From assembly GCA_015233335.1 (NCBI GenBank), contig JADFXX010000011.1, positions 165 through 64,164 on the forward strand: a DNA stretch of 64,000 bases. Reading direction: 5' to 3'. Both the position numbers and the translations under genes were made by a program. Below the pieces are notes generated by a model. That model did not search any database. It had not been told where the DNA came from and was given only the letters and a program-made list of their open reading frames with translations. This document shows, one piece after another, positions 18,530 to 29,600 of the stretch. The stretch comes from Candidatus Omnitrophota bacterium. Lineage in GTDB: Bacteria > Omnitrophota > Gorgyraeia > Zapsychrales > Fredricksoniimonadaceae. Numbering within the stretch: position 1 is the first letter of the stretch; every line of letters starts with the position of its first letter.

Positions 18530-19194
18530 GTTAATCCTTTTCTGTTAACTAAATGATGGTTTAAACCAAGCACCTGCTCTTTTAAACGACTATCAAAAGG
18601 TTTCTTGCCGATCCATACTGAAAAAAGCGCTTTAGAAAATTTACTCCCCTTAATAATACCCACCAATTTCCCATTATGGGCAAATTCAGTACCTACTGAT
18701 GGGATGTATGTCAAAGAAAACCTGTCCCCCGCTTTCAAGTCCACAAAATATTTACCCATTTGTCGAATTTCATCTTTCAGGGATCCTAAATCAGCGGGGC
18801 TCACGTTATTTTTCATTATATCGATGGTAAAATTATTGAGTTTTTCTCCGGGAATGCTAACGAAATATTGAACTTCTATCCTCTTCGGATAATTTCCTAA
18901 TAAATCAGAATCATCCCCTTGACCTTTATAAAACCCGGCAGCAAAGGCCTTAAAGAATAGCAGACTTTTAATACCCGTACCTTGAAGGGACATATTGATC
19001 CCTTGATCCAGATAATTTTCATTAAAACAAACTCCGGAAATTTGCGCAGCAGAAACGTTAGAAGAAATAAACAGTAAAAATAAAAGAAAGGCTAATCTGC
19101 GGATTTGTAATAACGATTGGGTGGTGGTATTTGTCATTGCGGCCTCCTGGTTACTTGTTCCTATTACTAGGATACCAGAAAAGTAGCAATGCAC
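18526..19194 (-). CDS. chalcone-isomerase-like (fatty-acid-binding fold) secreted protein
   Basis: 222 aa with an internal signal peptide, so the likely true start is M19 at 19140. GIKSLLFFKAFAAGFY and ALFSVWIGKKP are typical of the CHI-like family found in these lipid clusters. Confidence 0.5.
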   Translation of the reverse strand: MHCYFSGILVIGTSNQEAAMTNTTTQSLLQIRRLAFLLFLLFISSNVSAAQISGVCFNENYLDQGINMSLQGTGIKSLLFFKAFAAGFYKGQGDDSDLLGNYPKRIEVQYFVSIPGEKLNNFTIDIMKNNVSPADLGSLKDEIRQMGKYFVDLKAGDRFSLTYIPSVGTEFAHNGKLVGIIKGSKFSKALFSVWIGKKPFDSRLKEQVLGLNHHLVNRKGLT

Positions 19195-19228
19195 AACGCC
19201 ACCTTAAAACCTACAAATCATGTATATA

Positions 19229-20110
19229 TTAATACATGGCAGAATTCAATACTTTTTGCATAACCGACCGGATGTCTGGATACTTAAAAACATATCCTGA
19301 TGATTGCAAACGTGCCGGCCTGACTTGCGCCCCTTCAAGCAAAAGCTGTTGCCCCATTTCCCCGAATAAAAGCTTAACTCCCCAGGCAGGCAGCGGAAGA
19401 AATGCCGGGCGTTTAATGATCTCACTTAAAATAGAGGTAAATTCACGGTTTGATAGGACTTCGGGTGCCACCACATTGACCGGTCCTGACAAAGACCCTG
19501 TTTGAATGATATGATCGACGATCAGCGGGATCTCATCCAAAGCTATCCAGCTTATCATTTGTTCCCCGTTGCCTAAAATCCCTCCCAATCCAAGATTAAA
19601 AATAGGCAGCATTCTGGCGAGTGCCCCGCCATTCTTACCCAATACAACAGCGGTGCGCATATTTACAACTCGAATTCCGGCATGAAATGCCGAAAGCGTC
19701 GCATCTTCCCATTGGCGGCAAACCTCCGGTAGGAACCCTTCGCCCACAGGACTATCTTCATCTAAAACGATGCCGGCCGGATGGTTCCCATAATATCCGA
19801 TAGCCGAAGCACAGATATAAAGACGGGGTTTTTGTTTTAATGACACCAACGCCTTCGATAAGAGACAGGTTGTTTCCACACGGCTCGATTGGATCAACAT
19901 CTTATAATCTTTGGTCCACCGCTCACTTATATTGACACCGGCCAAATGAATGACAATATCCTGTGCCTCAAGTTTTGCTTGAAGCATGTGAAGAGACCAC
20001 GGCGGCAAATGCCCCAAGGGAATGACTTTATGCCCCTGCCCACAAAAATGGTCTGTCAAAGCGCGACCTATCAATCCGGTCGAACCGGAAATAGTAATAT
20101 TCAACGGCAC
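19229..20110 (-). CDS. TIGR01777-type SDR/epimerase-family oxidoreductase (C-terminal DUF1731)
   Basis: 293 aa with Rossmann motif ISGSTGLIGRAL. Length and C-terminal region fit the family. Confidence 0.7.
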   Translation of the reverse strand: MPLNITISGSTGLIGRALTDHFCGQGHKVIPLGHLPPWSLHMLQAKLEAQDIVIHLAGVNISERWTKDYKMLIQSSRVETTCLLSKALVSLKQKPRLYICASAIGYYGNHPAGIVLDEDSPVGEGFLPEVCRQWEDATLSAFHAGIRVVNMRTAVVLGKNGGALARMLPIFNLGLGGILGNGEQMISWIALDEIPLIVDHIIQTGSLSGPVNVVAPEVLSNREFTSILSEIIKRPAFLPLPAWGVKLLFGEMGQQLLLEGAQVRPARLQSSGYVFKYPDIRSVMQKVLNSAMY

Positions 20111-20122
20111 CTGTTAACCCCT

Positions 20123-21328
20123 CTATGATAGAGTCAAATTATTCGGCCTTGAAAAAACAGCCTGAGCGACACTGATATTGCGAGTACTGAAGGCGGCTTG
20201 GCAATAAGACAAATAATAATTCCACTTGCGAATAAATTCTTCGTTGAATCCAAGAGGCCGGATCGAATCCAGATTGTTATTAAAATTATCACGCCAGATC
20301 GATAGCGTCCTGACATAATGCGGCGTTATATCTTCGAAATGATACAAATTCAAATCACCTGTCCTGTTGATCGCCCTTTGAATGACCGCCATTGAAGGTA
20401 AAAGACTGCCCGGGAATATATGCTTTTGGATCCAATCAATATTCTTTCGAAAAGACTCATAACGGTTATCCGGAGAAAGTATCATTTGTAAGCCCAAAAG
20501 CCCGTCTTTCTTAAGCAGGCGATGACATTGGCTAAAGTATGTCGCATAATAATCATGCCCAACTGCCTCCAACATCTCGATGGAAACGATTTTATCGAAC
20601 TTGCCCTTAAGCTTACGATAATCTTTCAACTCAATGGTAATCTTATCACTAAGCCCTTCAAGGGCAATGCGGCGCGAAGCATAGTCAAACTGCTGCTGTG
20701 AAATCGTCGTGGTCACAACCCTGCAACCAAAATTCTTAGCGGCATAAATAGCAAATCCACCCCATCCGCTGCCGATCTCTAATACATGATCTGTCTTTTT
20801 AAGACGAAGCTTTCGGCATAATTCTTCATATTTTTGATATTGCGCATCCTCCAGCGATTGTCCCATATTTTTAAAATAGGCTGAAGAATAAGTCAGCGAT
20901 GGGTCCAGGAACAATTGATAAAATTCATTGCCTAGATCATAATGGGCTCCAATGTTTTTCTTACTGCCCATAAGGGAATTCTTCCTGCAAAACGAAATCA
21001 TATTATTAAAAATCTTCAAGAAATTCACCGGAGAACGCTTAGGCTTGTCTGCCATCAATGTCGGATGGTCCTCAACATTGATGATCATCCATTCAATCAC
21101 CTTTGCAATATCATCTGTCTCCCAGTCCCCATCCACATAAGATTCCCCAAAACCCACATCGCCAAACAGCACACATTTCTTAAAGAAATCATTATTGATG
21201 ATCTTAATACTCGCGTGCACGCCTCCGTGCCCATGCCCGTAGGATAGGATTTGCCCATCAGGCAAAACCATCACCAACCTCCCCAAATGCATGGGACAAA
21301 AAACATGGTCGATGATCCTTTGACACAT
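20123..21328 (-). CDS. cyclopropane-fatty-acyl-phospholipid synthase family SAM methyltransferase
   Basis: SAM motif VLEIGSGWGGFAIYAA. I prefer the start at M35 (21328), which removes the 89-nt overlap with the DUF1365 gene. Confidence 0.8.
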   Translation of the reverse strand: MCQRIIDHVFCPMHLGRLVMVLPDGQILSYGHGHGGVHASIKIINNDFFKKCVLFGDVGFGESYVDGDWETDDIAKVIEWMIINVEDHPTLMADKPKRSPVNFLKIFNNMISFCRKNSLMGSKKNIGAHYDLGNEFYQLFLDPSLTYSSAYFKNMGQSLEDAQYQKYEELCRKLRLKKTDHVLEIGSGWGGFAIYAAKNFGCRVVTTTISQQQFDYASRRIALEGLSDKITIELKDYRKLKGKFDKIVSIEMLEAVGHDYYATYFSQCHRLLKKDGLLGLQMILSPDNRYESFRKNIDWIQKHIFPGSLLPSMAVIQRAINRTGDLNLYHFEDITPHYVRTLSIWRDNFNNNLDSIRPLGFNEEFIRKWNYYLSYCQAAFSTRNISVAQAVFSRPNNLTLS

Positions 21329-21341
21329 ATTTAAATGTGTC

Positions 21342-22154
21342 TTAAGCGAATTTTCTTTCAGGCATTTTACGGCCTTTGCTCCAAACACGATAAACTCCTT
21401 TTTGCAAATCGGAATTGCTTGTTTTTTCATGATACGGCACTTTTTTCAACCACAGTAATAACGCGTGCCAATGGATCAGAAAGATCACTTTTAAGGTAAT
21501 TAACGGGTATTTTATCGTACACCACAATAAATTGCCATTTGTTATTTTGCGTGCCTGCCCCGACATGACTGTGAAAAGAAATTTCCCTTGCGTGTCAGAA
21601 TCATCTATTTTTATGTCCAAATTTTCGTTTGGGACTTTCAATCTAAAATCCATAGGAACATCCAGCGCAATAAAAGGAGAAATGTAATAATACTTCTTCT
21701 GCTGACTGACGAATTGACCATTATCAAGCGCTTCCCGGCCGATAAAAAAAGGTTTAATTTCACCGAAAGTATTACCAATTTCCACAACCACACACCTTGG
21801 GGCACCTTGCCTATCAAAACAAAAATAAAATGAGACCGGATTAAAAATATAGCCAAACGTTCTCAAATTAGTCAGGAGCATGATCCTGCCCCCTTCTAAA
21901 TCGACACCTTGGCCGCTTAAGTACGTTAAGACCTTTTCTTTTATTGTCTTGCCGTTAATTTCAAAATGATCTTCATCACGAAAGTTATATACGTTCGCCC
22001 GGTTGCGGCTTAACAAATAATTCGTCTTTACCAGGGCGTCAATCTCATCAAGGTCTAAATAGAACATAAATATCTTATTCCTAAATTGATTCCGTTTGGG
22101 ACGTATACGGCAATGCGTAATATTGATCTCAAAGAGGCATGAATTTAATTCCAT
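21342..22154 (-). CDS. DUF1365 family protein
   Basis: 270 aa. HCRIRPKRNQFRNKIFMFYLDLDEI matches the DUF1365 N-terminal signature. The position between the FAD oxidoreductase and the CFA-synthase-like gene is canonical. Confidence 0.7.
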   Translation of the reverse strand: MELNSCLFEINITHCRIRPKRNQFRNKIFMFYLDLDEIDALVKTNYLLSRNRANVYNFRDEDHFEINGKTIKEKVLTYLSGQGVDLEGGRIMLLTNLRTFGYIFNPVSFYFCFDRQGAPRCVVVEIGNTFGEIKPFFIGREALDNGQFVSQQKKYYYISPFIALDVPMDFRLKVPNENLDIKIDDSDTQGKFLFTVMSGQARKITNGNLLWCTIKYPLITLKVIFLIHWHALLLWLKKVPYHEKTSNSDLQKGVYRVWSKGRKMPERKFA

Positions 22155-23398
22155 ATGGGCTCTCCGGTTATAACGCGGGCCACATCTATTCCTGAAGTTA
22201 AAGCGTCCTCATGAAAACCATATTTAAAATAAGCCCCACAAAAATAAATAACGCCATCTTTATTTAATTCATGCAGCTTTTTCTGTGCTTGGATTGCATC
22301 CACATTATAAATAGGGTGTGTGTATTCTGTCCTCCAAATGATCTTTGAGGGGTCAACATCCTTGACATCATTGATCGAAATAAAATAATTCTTCTGCTTT
22401 GAAACATGCTGTAAATTGTTCATCCAGTAGATCGTAGCTGTTTCTTTATCGGTGATCCTGTAATTCCATGAAGACCATGCTAATTTCGTTCTGGGCATAA
22501 TGGATTCATCTGTATGTAAGGCTGCCACATTCTTATGATATCGGAACTTGCTTAATAGACCGCTCTCCTGCTGTGTGGGTTGTGCCAACATCCTTAAAGA
22601 TTCATCGGCATGGCTGGCTAATATCACCTTATCATATTCCCTTTTTTCTCCTCTGCTATCTATGACCATTGCACGAGCGTTATGTCTTCTTACTTCTTTG
22701 ACAGGATTATTTAATAAAATCTTGTCTTTAAAATGCATTAAAATCTTTTCTCTATAGCGTTGGCTACCATCGACAACAGTACGCCATTGGTAATGACCCC
22801 TTAACCCCAGAAATCCATGGTTCTTAAAAAACCTGACCAAGGTGACCGCCGGAAACCTAAGCATCAGGTCCTGTGGCGTTGACCAAACCGCAGAACTGAT
22901 GGGAACTAAAAATTTATGTAAAAAGTCGTCGCTATAGCCTTTTTCTTTCACATAATCAACCAACGAGTAGGATAAATACTTATCGTTATCCAGCACTTCC
23001 AAAGCCTCGTTATTAAAACGATTCATTTCCAAAAGCATTTTCCAGTGTGAAACACTGACCAGATTCTTTCTTTGGGCAAATAATCCGTTAAGTCCGGTGC
23101 CGCAATACTCCAAGGCGCTTAACAGATGCTGAACGCTAAAGGACATATCAGTAGGTTTTGTTTTTACATCCAACTCCTTAAAAAGCCGCGTCAAGTTTGG
23201 GTAGGTTATTTCGTTATAAACCATAAATCCGCTATCGATATAAATGTCACCCCCCGGCTCTTTGACCGTCAGAGTGTTTGTATGCCCTCCCGAGTAATCA
23301 TTCTTTTCATAAAAGGTAATATCATGCTTATCTTTTAAGAAATACGCCGCTCCCATACCGGCAATTCCTGTCCCTACAACCGCGATCGATGGCATCAA
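22145..23398 (-). CDS. NAD(P)/FAD-dependent oxidoreductase (amine-oxidase-like)
   Basis: 417 aa with dinucleotide motif IAVVGTGIAGMGAAYFL. Confidence 0.8.
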   Translation of the reverse strand: MMPSIAVVGTGIAGMGAAYFLKDKHDITFYEKNDYSGGHTNTLTVKEPGGDIYIDSGFMVYNEITYPNLTRLFKELDVKTKPTDMSFSVQHLLSALEYCGTGLNGLFAQRKNLVSVSHWKMLLEMNRFNNEALEVLDNDKYLSYSLVDYVKEKGYSDDFLHKFLVPISSAVWSTPQDLMLRFPAVTLVRFFKNHGFLGLRGHYQWRTVVDGSQRYREKILMHFKDKILLNNPVKEVRRHNARAMVIDSRGEKREYDKVILASHADESLRMLAQPTQQESGLLSKFRYHKNVAALHTDESIMPRTKLAWSSWNYRITDKETATIYWMNNLQHVSKQKNYFISINDVKDVDPSKIIWRTEYTHPIYNVDAIQAQKKLHELNKDGVIYFCGAYFKYGFHEDALTSGIDVARVITGEPIWN

Positions 23399-24444
23399 GC
23401 CGCCTCCTTCTTAAATCGATAATGGCTGACAATCCATTCTGTCCCGTTCTTATACCCCCATAATTCCGCGCAAGACATAAAAAAGACCCTCCAATAAACC
23501 CACCATTTTATATACTGGTCCTCCCCGTAGGTCGCCTTAAGGATGGGGATGACCTTTTCTTTGTTCCTATCCATATTTTTGAGCCATTCTTCCGATGTCT
23601 TTTGATAATGAACTCCGCTAACCTGCCATTGATCTTCAATCTTAAAATGGTCTTGAAAATGTAATAAAAGATCATGTGACGGCATAATCCCGCCAGTAAA
23701 AAAATATTTAGCGATCCAATCTGCTTCGTCTTTCTCCTGGTAAAGATATGCGAATTCACGATGAGTAAAAATATGGACGAAAAGCTTCCCATCACTTTTA
23801 AGGAATCCTGCCACCTTTTCAAGGAGCTTTTGATAATTACGCATATGCTCAAACATTTCGACGGTTACGACCCGGTCAAATTTCTGGTCAATCATAAAGT
23901 CATTCATATCCGCCGTTATGATGCTGACATTATTGAGCCCTCTTTTTTTTGCTTCATTTAAGATGTATTCTCTTTGTGTGGCTGAATTGGAAACCCCCAC
24001 GATCTTGGCAAGAGGAAACTTACTTGCCATAAACAGCGTTAATGATCCCCACCCACATCCCAATTCAAGGACGGCCATTCCCTCTGACAACTGGGCCCTC
24101 TCAACCGTCAAAGCCAGCATATCCTCTTCAGAAGTATCAAAATCCTTGACCCCTTCTTTCCAAAAACCGCTGCTGTATTTCATATGCTTGCCCATCACCA
24201 GCTTAAAAAATTCTGTAGGCACCTCATAATGCTGTTGATTGGCCTCTTTGGTGTTAACCGCAATCGGGGAAGACTTAAGAAACTCTACGAGTTGTATTTT
24301 GCGTTTTGGCCCAAGCCGGGCCAGGAGCTTTTTTTCTTCATTTAACTTATCCTGCAACAAACCTCTAATGCCGATACGAATAATGGGATCAGGGATTAAA
24401 TTACGTTCCAACAAGCCTTGAGATATTTTTAGCATGGCTCTCAT
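23395..24444 (-). CDS. second CFA-synthase-like SAM methyltransferase
   Basis: 349 aa. SAM motif VLELGCGWGSLTLFMA and a CFA-synthase-type C-terminal region. Confidence 0.75.
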   Translation of the reverse strand: MRAMLKISQGLLERNLIPDPIIRIGIRGLLQDKLNEEKKLLARLGPKRKIQLVEFLKSSPIAVNTKEANQQHYEVPTEFFKLVMGKHMKYSSGFWKEGVKDFDTSEEDMLALTVERAQLSEGMAVLELGCGWGSLTLFMASKFPLAKIVGVSNSATQREYILNEAKKRGLNNVSIITADMNDFMIDQKFDRVVTVEMFEHMRNYQKLLEKVAGFLKSDGKLFVHIFTHREFAYLYQEKDEADWIAKYFFTGGIMPSHDLLLHFQDHFKIEDQWQVSGVHYQKTSEEWLKNMDRNKEKVIPILKATYGEDQYIKWWVYWRVFFMSCAELWGYKNGTEWIVSHYRFKKEAA

Positions 24445-25244
24445 AATGTTTCGATCCTCTTCTTAAACATTGGAAAAAAGACGCTAGTTGTCGCTTGATA
24501 CTTTCTATACTCATCACCCCTGCTCAATAAGGACTGCTCTTCCGCCAAGGGCACGCCGCTAACATACATCAGAAGAAAATACATCACTAGAGGGCTCACA
24601 AAAGCGACCCAGCCCAAAGGGCTCCCTAGCGCATAAATAAAAATCCCTGTCCAAAGAAGCCATTCAAAAAAATAATTCGGATGGCGCGAATAATACCACA
24701 ATCCAGTATCGCACGTTTTGCCCTTATTGTTAGGATTCCTTTTAAAAGCACGTAACTGCTCATCAGATACGGCCTCTCCGATCAAGGCAAAGGCAAAAAC
24801 AACGGCACCTGCGACCTCACAAGCAGATACCCCAGAAAAAGGATTAAGGCTCACGATCATAAAAGGAAGCCCAATGATCATTTGCAATAATGCCTGAAAC
24901 TCAAAAATAAACAAAAACTTGAACCAGGCCATTTTTCCAAAGCTTTGCCTGATTTTCTTATAACGTCTATCCTCCTGTTTTTCTAATGCCATCCTTTTAA
25001 TTAAATACCAGGCGATCCGTATTCCCCACAGTGAAATCATCAAAAGATAGATGCTATTCCTTAGATTAAATCCCTTGCCTTGCAATAAATATACAACAGA
25101 TAACAAAATAAAACCCAATCCCCAAGTCACATCCACAACAGCTGCGTTCTTTAAAATTAAATGGATCCCCCATGAGACAAGAAATAAAGCCCCAACACTT
25201 AAAGCTCCTACTAAAAATATGTGTACCCCGCTTGAAGTGAACAT
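24441..25244 (-). CDS. DUF1295 membrane protein (steroid-5-alpha-reductase/ICMT-like fold)
   Basis: 267 aa, polytopic. YSRHPNYFFEWLLW motif. Confidence 0.65.
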   Translation of the reverse strand: MFTSSGVHIFLVGALSVGALFLVSWGIHLILKNAAVVDVTWGLGFILLSVVYLLQGKGFNLRNSIYLLMISLWGIRIAWYLIKRMALEKQEDRRYKKIRQSFGKMAWFKFLFIFEFQALLQMIIGLPFMIVSLNPFSGVSACEVAGAVVFAFALIGEAVSDEQLRAFKRNPNNKGKTCDTGLWYYSRHPNYFFEWLLWTGIFIYALGSPLGWVAFVSPLVMYFLLMYVSGVPLAEEQSLLSRGDEYRKYQATTSVFFPMFKKRIETL

Positions 25245-25591
25245 TATGCCTTTCGTACTAATACATTCTCGAAGCCATCTTTATCTTTAAGGCCCATCAG
25301 TTGAATAAAAACATAAAAAGCAGTCGCAATGCTTCCTAAACAAATAAAAGCAATGATCCAAAGAACAGAGGCAAGAAGGTTCCTTTCCCTATAAACGACC
25401 CAAGATGAAATGATGAAAATATTAAAGTAAAAATCAACGAGGGTTGTCGTAAACCATGGCTCATGGAGGACCCCTGTGGGCAGATGAAACATATCACTTT
25501 TCATCGAGGTCACAATAACCAAATAAACCATGAAGACAGATATCGAGGCAAAAATTACTTTTAGTGAATTTATTGTTTGAACATGATTCAT
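25244..25591 (-). CDS. small 4-TM membrane protein (DUF1475-like?)
   Basis: I prefer the ATG at 25591, preceded by AAGGAGAAG (115 aa). The family guess is weak. Confidence 0.35.
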   Translation of the reverse strand: MNHVQTINSLKVIFASISVFMVYLVIVTSMKSDMFHLPTGVLHEPWFTTTLVDFYFNIFIISSWVVYRERNLLASVLWIIAFICLGSIATAFYVFIQLMGLKDKDGFENVLVRKA

Positions 25592-25713
25592 TGGACTTCT
25601 CCTTTCTTTCCTAATAGTAGCGTACCAAAAGCGCAAAATAATATCAACGCCTCTTAATAGCTGACATATCATGTATTAATATATACATGGCCTGAAGGCA
25701 TGTGAATTTATTC

Positions 25714-26538
25714 TTAAAGGCTTTGAAGATAAGTTGTTAGATTAATATCTTTGTTCAAAATATCTAACTTTTTACGGATTTTATTGCGATGGGTTTCAAC
25801 GGTTTTAAAAGAAATATTAAGCATCGAACATATTTCTTTACTAGGCATACCATTTTTAATAAGGTTAGCTATTTCAATCTCACGCGGGGAAAGCTTGAAC
25901 TTCTTTTCAGAAACATTTCTGCCAAATGAAGATGTTAAATTTTCTAGATTTTGTTCAAGGATATCGATATATTTCTTATCCAGCGCTGTTCCTTTCCTTC
26001 GTATTTTCTTTAAAGCGGGCAACAAAACTTCCTCGACATTCAATAAAACATTTTCTCTGATCTTCTTCTTCTCAATCTCTATCTGCTCAATAATTTCTTT
26101 TAACGCCGCATTTTTTTGTTCAATGGCCTGCTGGGCCTCTTTTCTGTTTGTTATATCATGCTGAATAGCGACATAGCATTCAACCGCACCGGAATCATCT
26201 TTCACGGGCTCAATATGCCATTCATTCCAAAATTCTGAACCGTCTTTACGATAATTAATGGCTTGGCCAAAAAAGACCTTACCGTCGGTCAAAGTGCTCT
26301 TTAAGTTCCTTAAAACGGATCTATCGGTTTTAGGCCCTTGAAGAATCCCGGGTGTTTTCCCTATAACCTCTTGAGAGCTGTAGCCGGTCATTTTAGTAAA
26401 CGCCGGATTAACATAAATAATTTTGGGACCGGGAGGGTCTAAATCTTTAGTCGTAATGACAATTGAATCTTCTGAAAAATGGACGACAGAAGCTAATAAT
26501 TTTTCGCTGACTTTATATTTATCAAAATATACGGACAT
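25714..26538 (-). CDS. PAS-domain / LuxR-type HTH transcriptional regulator
   Basis: 274 aa. N-terminal PAS (FTKMTGYSSQEVIGKTPGILQG), a coiled-coil linker, and a C-terminal LuxR HTH (LSPREIEIANLIKNGMPSKEICSMLNISFKTVETHRNKI). Confidence 0.8.
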   Translation of the reverse strand: MSVYFDKYKVSEKLLASVVHFSEDSIVITTKDLDPPGPKIIYVNPAFTKMTGYSSQEVIGKTPGILQGPKTDRSVLRNLKSTLTDGKVFFGQAINYRKDGSEFWNEWHIEPVKDDSGAVECYVAIQHDITNRKEAQQAIEQKNAALKEIIEQIEIEKKKIRENVLLNVEEVLLPALKKIRRKGTALDKKYIDILEQNLENLTSSFGRNVSEKKFKLSPREIEIANLIKNGMPSKEICSMLNISFKTVETHRNKIRKKLDILNKDINLTTYLQSL

Positions 26539-26669
26539 GCTGGAATCCTTTACGAATTTTTATTTTACATGAAATAGGTGCCCCAGTCAAACTACTCGCT
26601 TTCCTGGCGTCCTGAGGGATAAAATCCTAAGATTGAAATCAAAAATAACCAGTGTATAATAAAAAAATT

Positions 26670-29600
26670 ATGAAATATAAAAAGTTCCTTATTCTCCTAG
26701 GCAGTCTGCTCTTTTTTCTGGCGGCCCTGACTTTTTATCTTAACCGCGTCATATTCCCTCAATGGGTTAAAAAAATTGCTGCCGAACAGATTGAAAAAGC
26801 CCTCAAACGTAAAGTTGAGATCGACACCATCCACTTTAACTGGGTCAGGGGCATTATTATTGATAGGATCAAAATTTATGAAAAAGACTCCGCTCAAGCC
26901 GTATTTGCCCAGGCCCAACAGGTGTCCTTCGGGTTTATCTTAATCCCCAGCTTCAAACATTATAAGATCACCATCCCTTTTATCCATGTGCTTTCCCCAT
27001 CGGTACATCTGATCCGCAATACCGTTGACTCCTGGAACTTTAGCGATATGTTGCCTCCACCCCCCTCAACGGCGCAAGGAAGCCCCCCAAAACCTTCTGA
27101 TTTTGAAATCGCCTGGGGAGGGATTACGATCTCCGACGGTAAATTCTTGTTGGATGACGTTTCTGTCGATCGCCCTTGGAGCGAATTATTTGATAATATC
27201 AACCTCAAGCTTTCGCTTTCCTATAAGGGGATTGACTATAACTTTACCGCGGATATCCCGGCAAAAAAAGGTTTCGTAGGGGCCACTGTCTATTATCAGC
27301 CCATCACCAAGAACACCCGCGCTCAAATTCATCTTAAAAATATCGATACCGCCTCTTATCTGTCTTTAGTCAAAATCCCCGATATTCAGCTAAAAAGCGG
27401 AATCATTAAGAAAATCGATTTGGACATCGATTATTCCCAAGACAAAACATCCGCTCAAGGCGAAGTGATCATGAGCGATCTGGATATGACCAGCCATGAT
27501 CAGGCCTTTAAAGGGAACATTGAAATACGTGATTTGAATGCTCAATATAAAAATGGCAATATAAAGGCACGCGGCCAGATGAGTTTGGGCCAAATACAGA
27601 CAAAAGTCCCGGGACTTTCGGCCGGCGGCAATGTGCAAACCCGTGTCAATACCTTTGAATTGACTCCTGAGGGAATGGTATTCGATGGGTCTTTCCACGC
27701 ACAATCCGTCTTTTTAAATTTAACAGACCGTTTCGCCCGCGTCGATAATTTAGGACTGGATAATATTAAACTAAGAAAAGATAAGGACGGCCTCCAAACG
27801 GTCGGCAGCATTAGCGCCCTTGGGCTGATTGTGGCTTATTCTCACCAGACATTTAAAAGCGATATCACCTTAAAACCGCTGACTGTGCACATGAAAGATG
27901 AGAACAACGTCACGCTCGAAGGAGACCTTCTGGCTCAAAATTTCTCTACAAACTTAGGTGATAAGGCTTTCAACAGCCAACGGATCCATCTTGAAGACCT
28001 CAAGCTTCTGTTAACCGACCAAAAAAACATATCCATGTCCACCCGGATGTCCCTTAATAACATGGAGCTCTCCCTAGGAAGCGGCCTGACGGTCTCAGGG
28101 TCACTTAAGGCTGACAAATTATTGTTAAAATTAGCTGACGGCATTCTGGACATATCCACCGCCCTTATTGCTTCCCAGGGGCACCTCGTACTAGACGGTC
28201 ATAAGACCATTGATGCCAACCCGCAGCTGGAGTTAAGCCTGCAGGTCCCCTTAAATGCTGTTGATCAGATGACCTATAAAGGCTCCATCACTTTTTCGGA
28301 TGCCAGTATCCGGGGATTCCCTCTGGTCGAATCCATAGATAATGCCGAATTAGATGCGGATTTTAAGACCGATACAGCAACCATCAACGCGCTAGGAGCC
28401 AATATTCTTGACACCAATGTCCGGATCAACGGCACCGTCAAAAATTTCAAAAATCCCCTGCTTGATATCAACGTAGAAGCTGAAGAATTGAATTTATCTA
28501 AAATAAAAAATCTGGCCCCTAAAATTGTCGATCAATACGGCCTGACTTTCGACGGAACAAGCAGTGTCAAAGTCAAGTTTGAAGGATTAGCGCTAAAACC
28601 TCTTTCCGGTAATATTCGTGCGACAGCTTCTGTCAAAAACGTAAGCGTCGCCAGCAGTAAATATCATCAGAAGATCAAGAATGTGACCGGTATTATTGAA
28701 GCCACCCCCGATTCCCTTGTATGGCGCGATTTTACCGCCACTTATCTGGGGAAACCCTACTCTTTAACCGGGAGCTTAGATAACTTTAACAACCCCAAGA
28801 TTTTTACCATACTTAACGGCGAAGATATTCAACTTAAAGGAGACATTATAAAAGCCGGGAATTTGATCACGATCAATGGCTTGACCGGTAAATATTTAAA
28901 CGCCGCGTTTGATACCAAAGGGACCATCACTCTTAGGGAGCAAGACCCACCTCAAATCGATATCAAATCCCGAGTGTCTGTACGTCTGGAAGATCTTATA
29001 AACGTACTGCCGCCTGCCCAAAAGAAAAACATTCAACCCCTATCCCCCTCAGGGACGATTGCCCTCACTGCCGATCTTAAGGGGACTGGCCTGGATTGGA
29101 AAAACTATACCCTGACAGCCAATATAACAAGCCCCGTGATCAGTCTCCTGAACTATAAGCTTAATGATATCAGCATCAACATCAGTCAGGATGAAGGTAA
29201 AATCAAGAATTTAACGCTGGATGGAAAGTTGTATGAAGGAACGGTGCATGCCCTGGCTTCTGCAGATTTAACCGCCTCCGGCATGCCGTATGATCTGGCC
29301 TTTAATATCGATAATACTGATTTGCACGAGTTAAAAATAGATTCTCCCCTGAAAATGGAAGAGATCAACGGAAAGTTTTATTTTACCAGTATTGTTAACG
29401 GGACAATAGCTGACTTTAAAAACACTGTTCATGGCAAAGGTTCTTTGGCGATCCGGGAAGGGTTTTTAGCGGAATTTAATTTATTCAAAGGACTGCTCGG
29501 CATCCTCAACGAAGCGATGCGCTTAGGACAGGTGATGATCACCGATGTGGAAAGTAATTTTACGATCGAAAATCAAAAGATCAGCACGGATAATTTAAGG

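Noticed and set aside
26595-26625. AAAC-N15-CGTC element upstream of the AsmA-like gene (gtcAAACtactcgctttcctggCGTCct, plus strand)
   Set aside because: It has a different -35 context (no CGTAAC) and a 15-nt rather than 16-nt spacer compared with the four clear sites. As a single occurrence it cannot be distinguished from chance.
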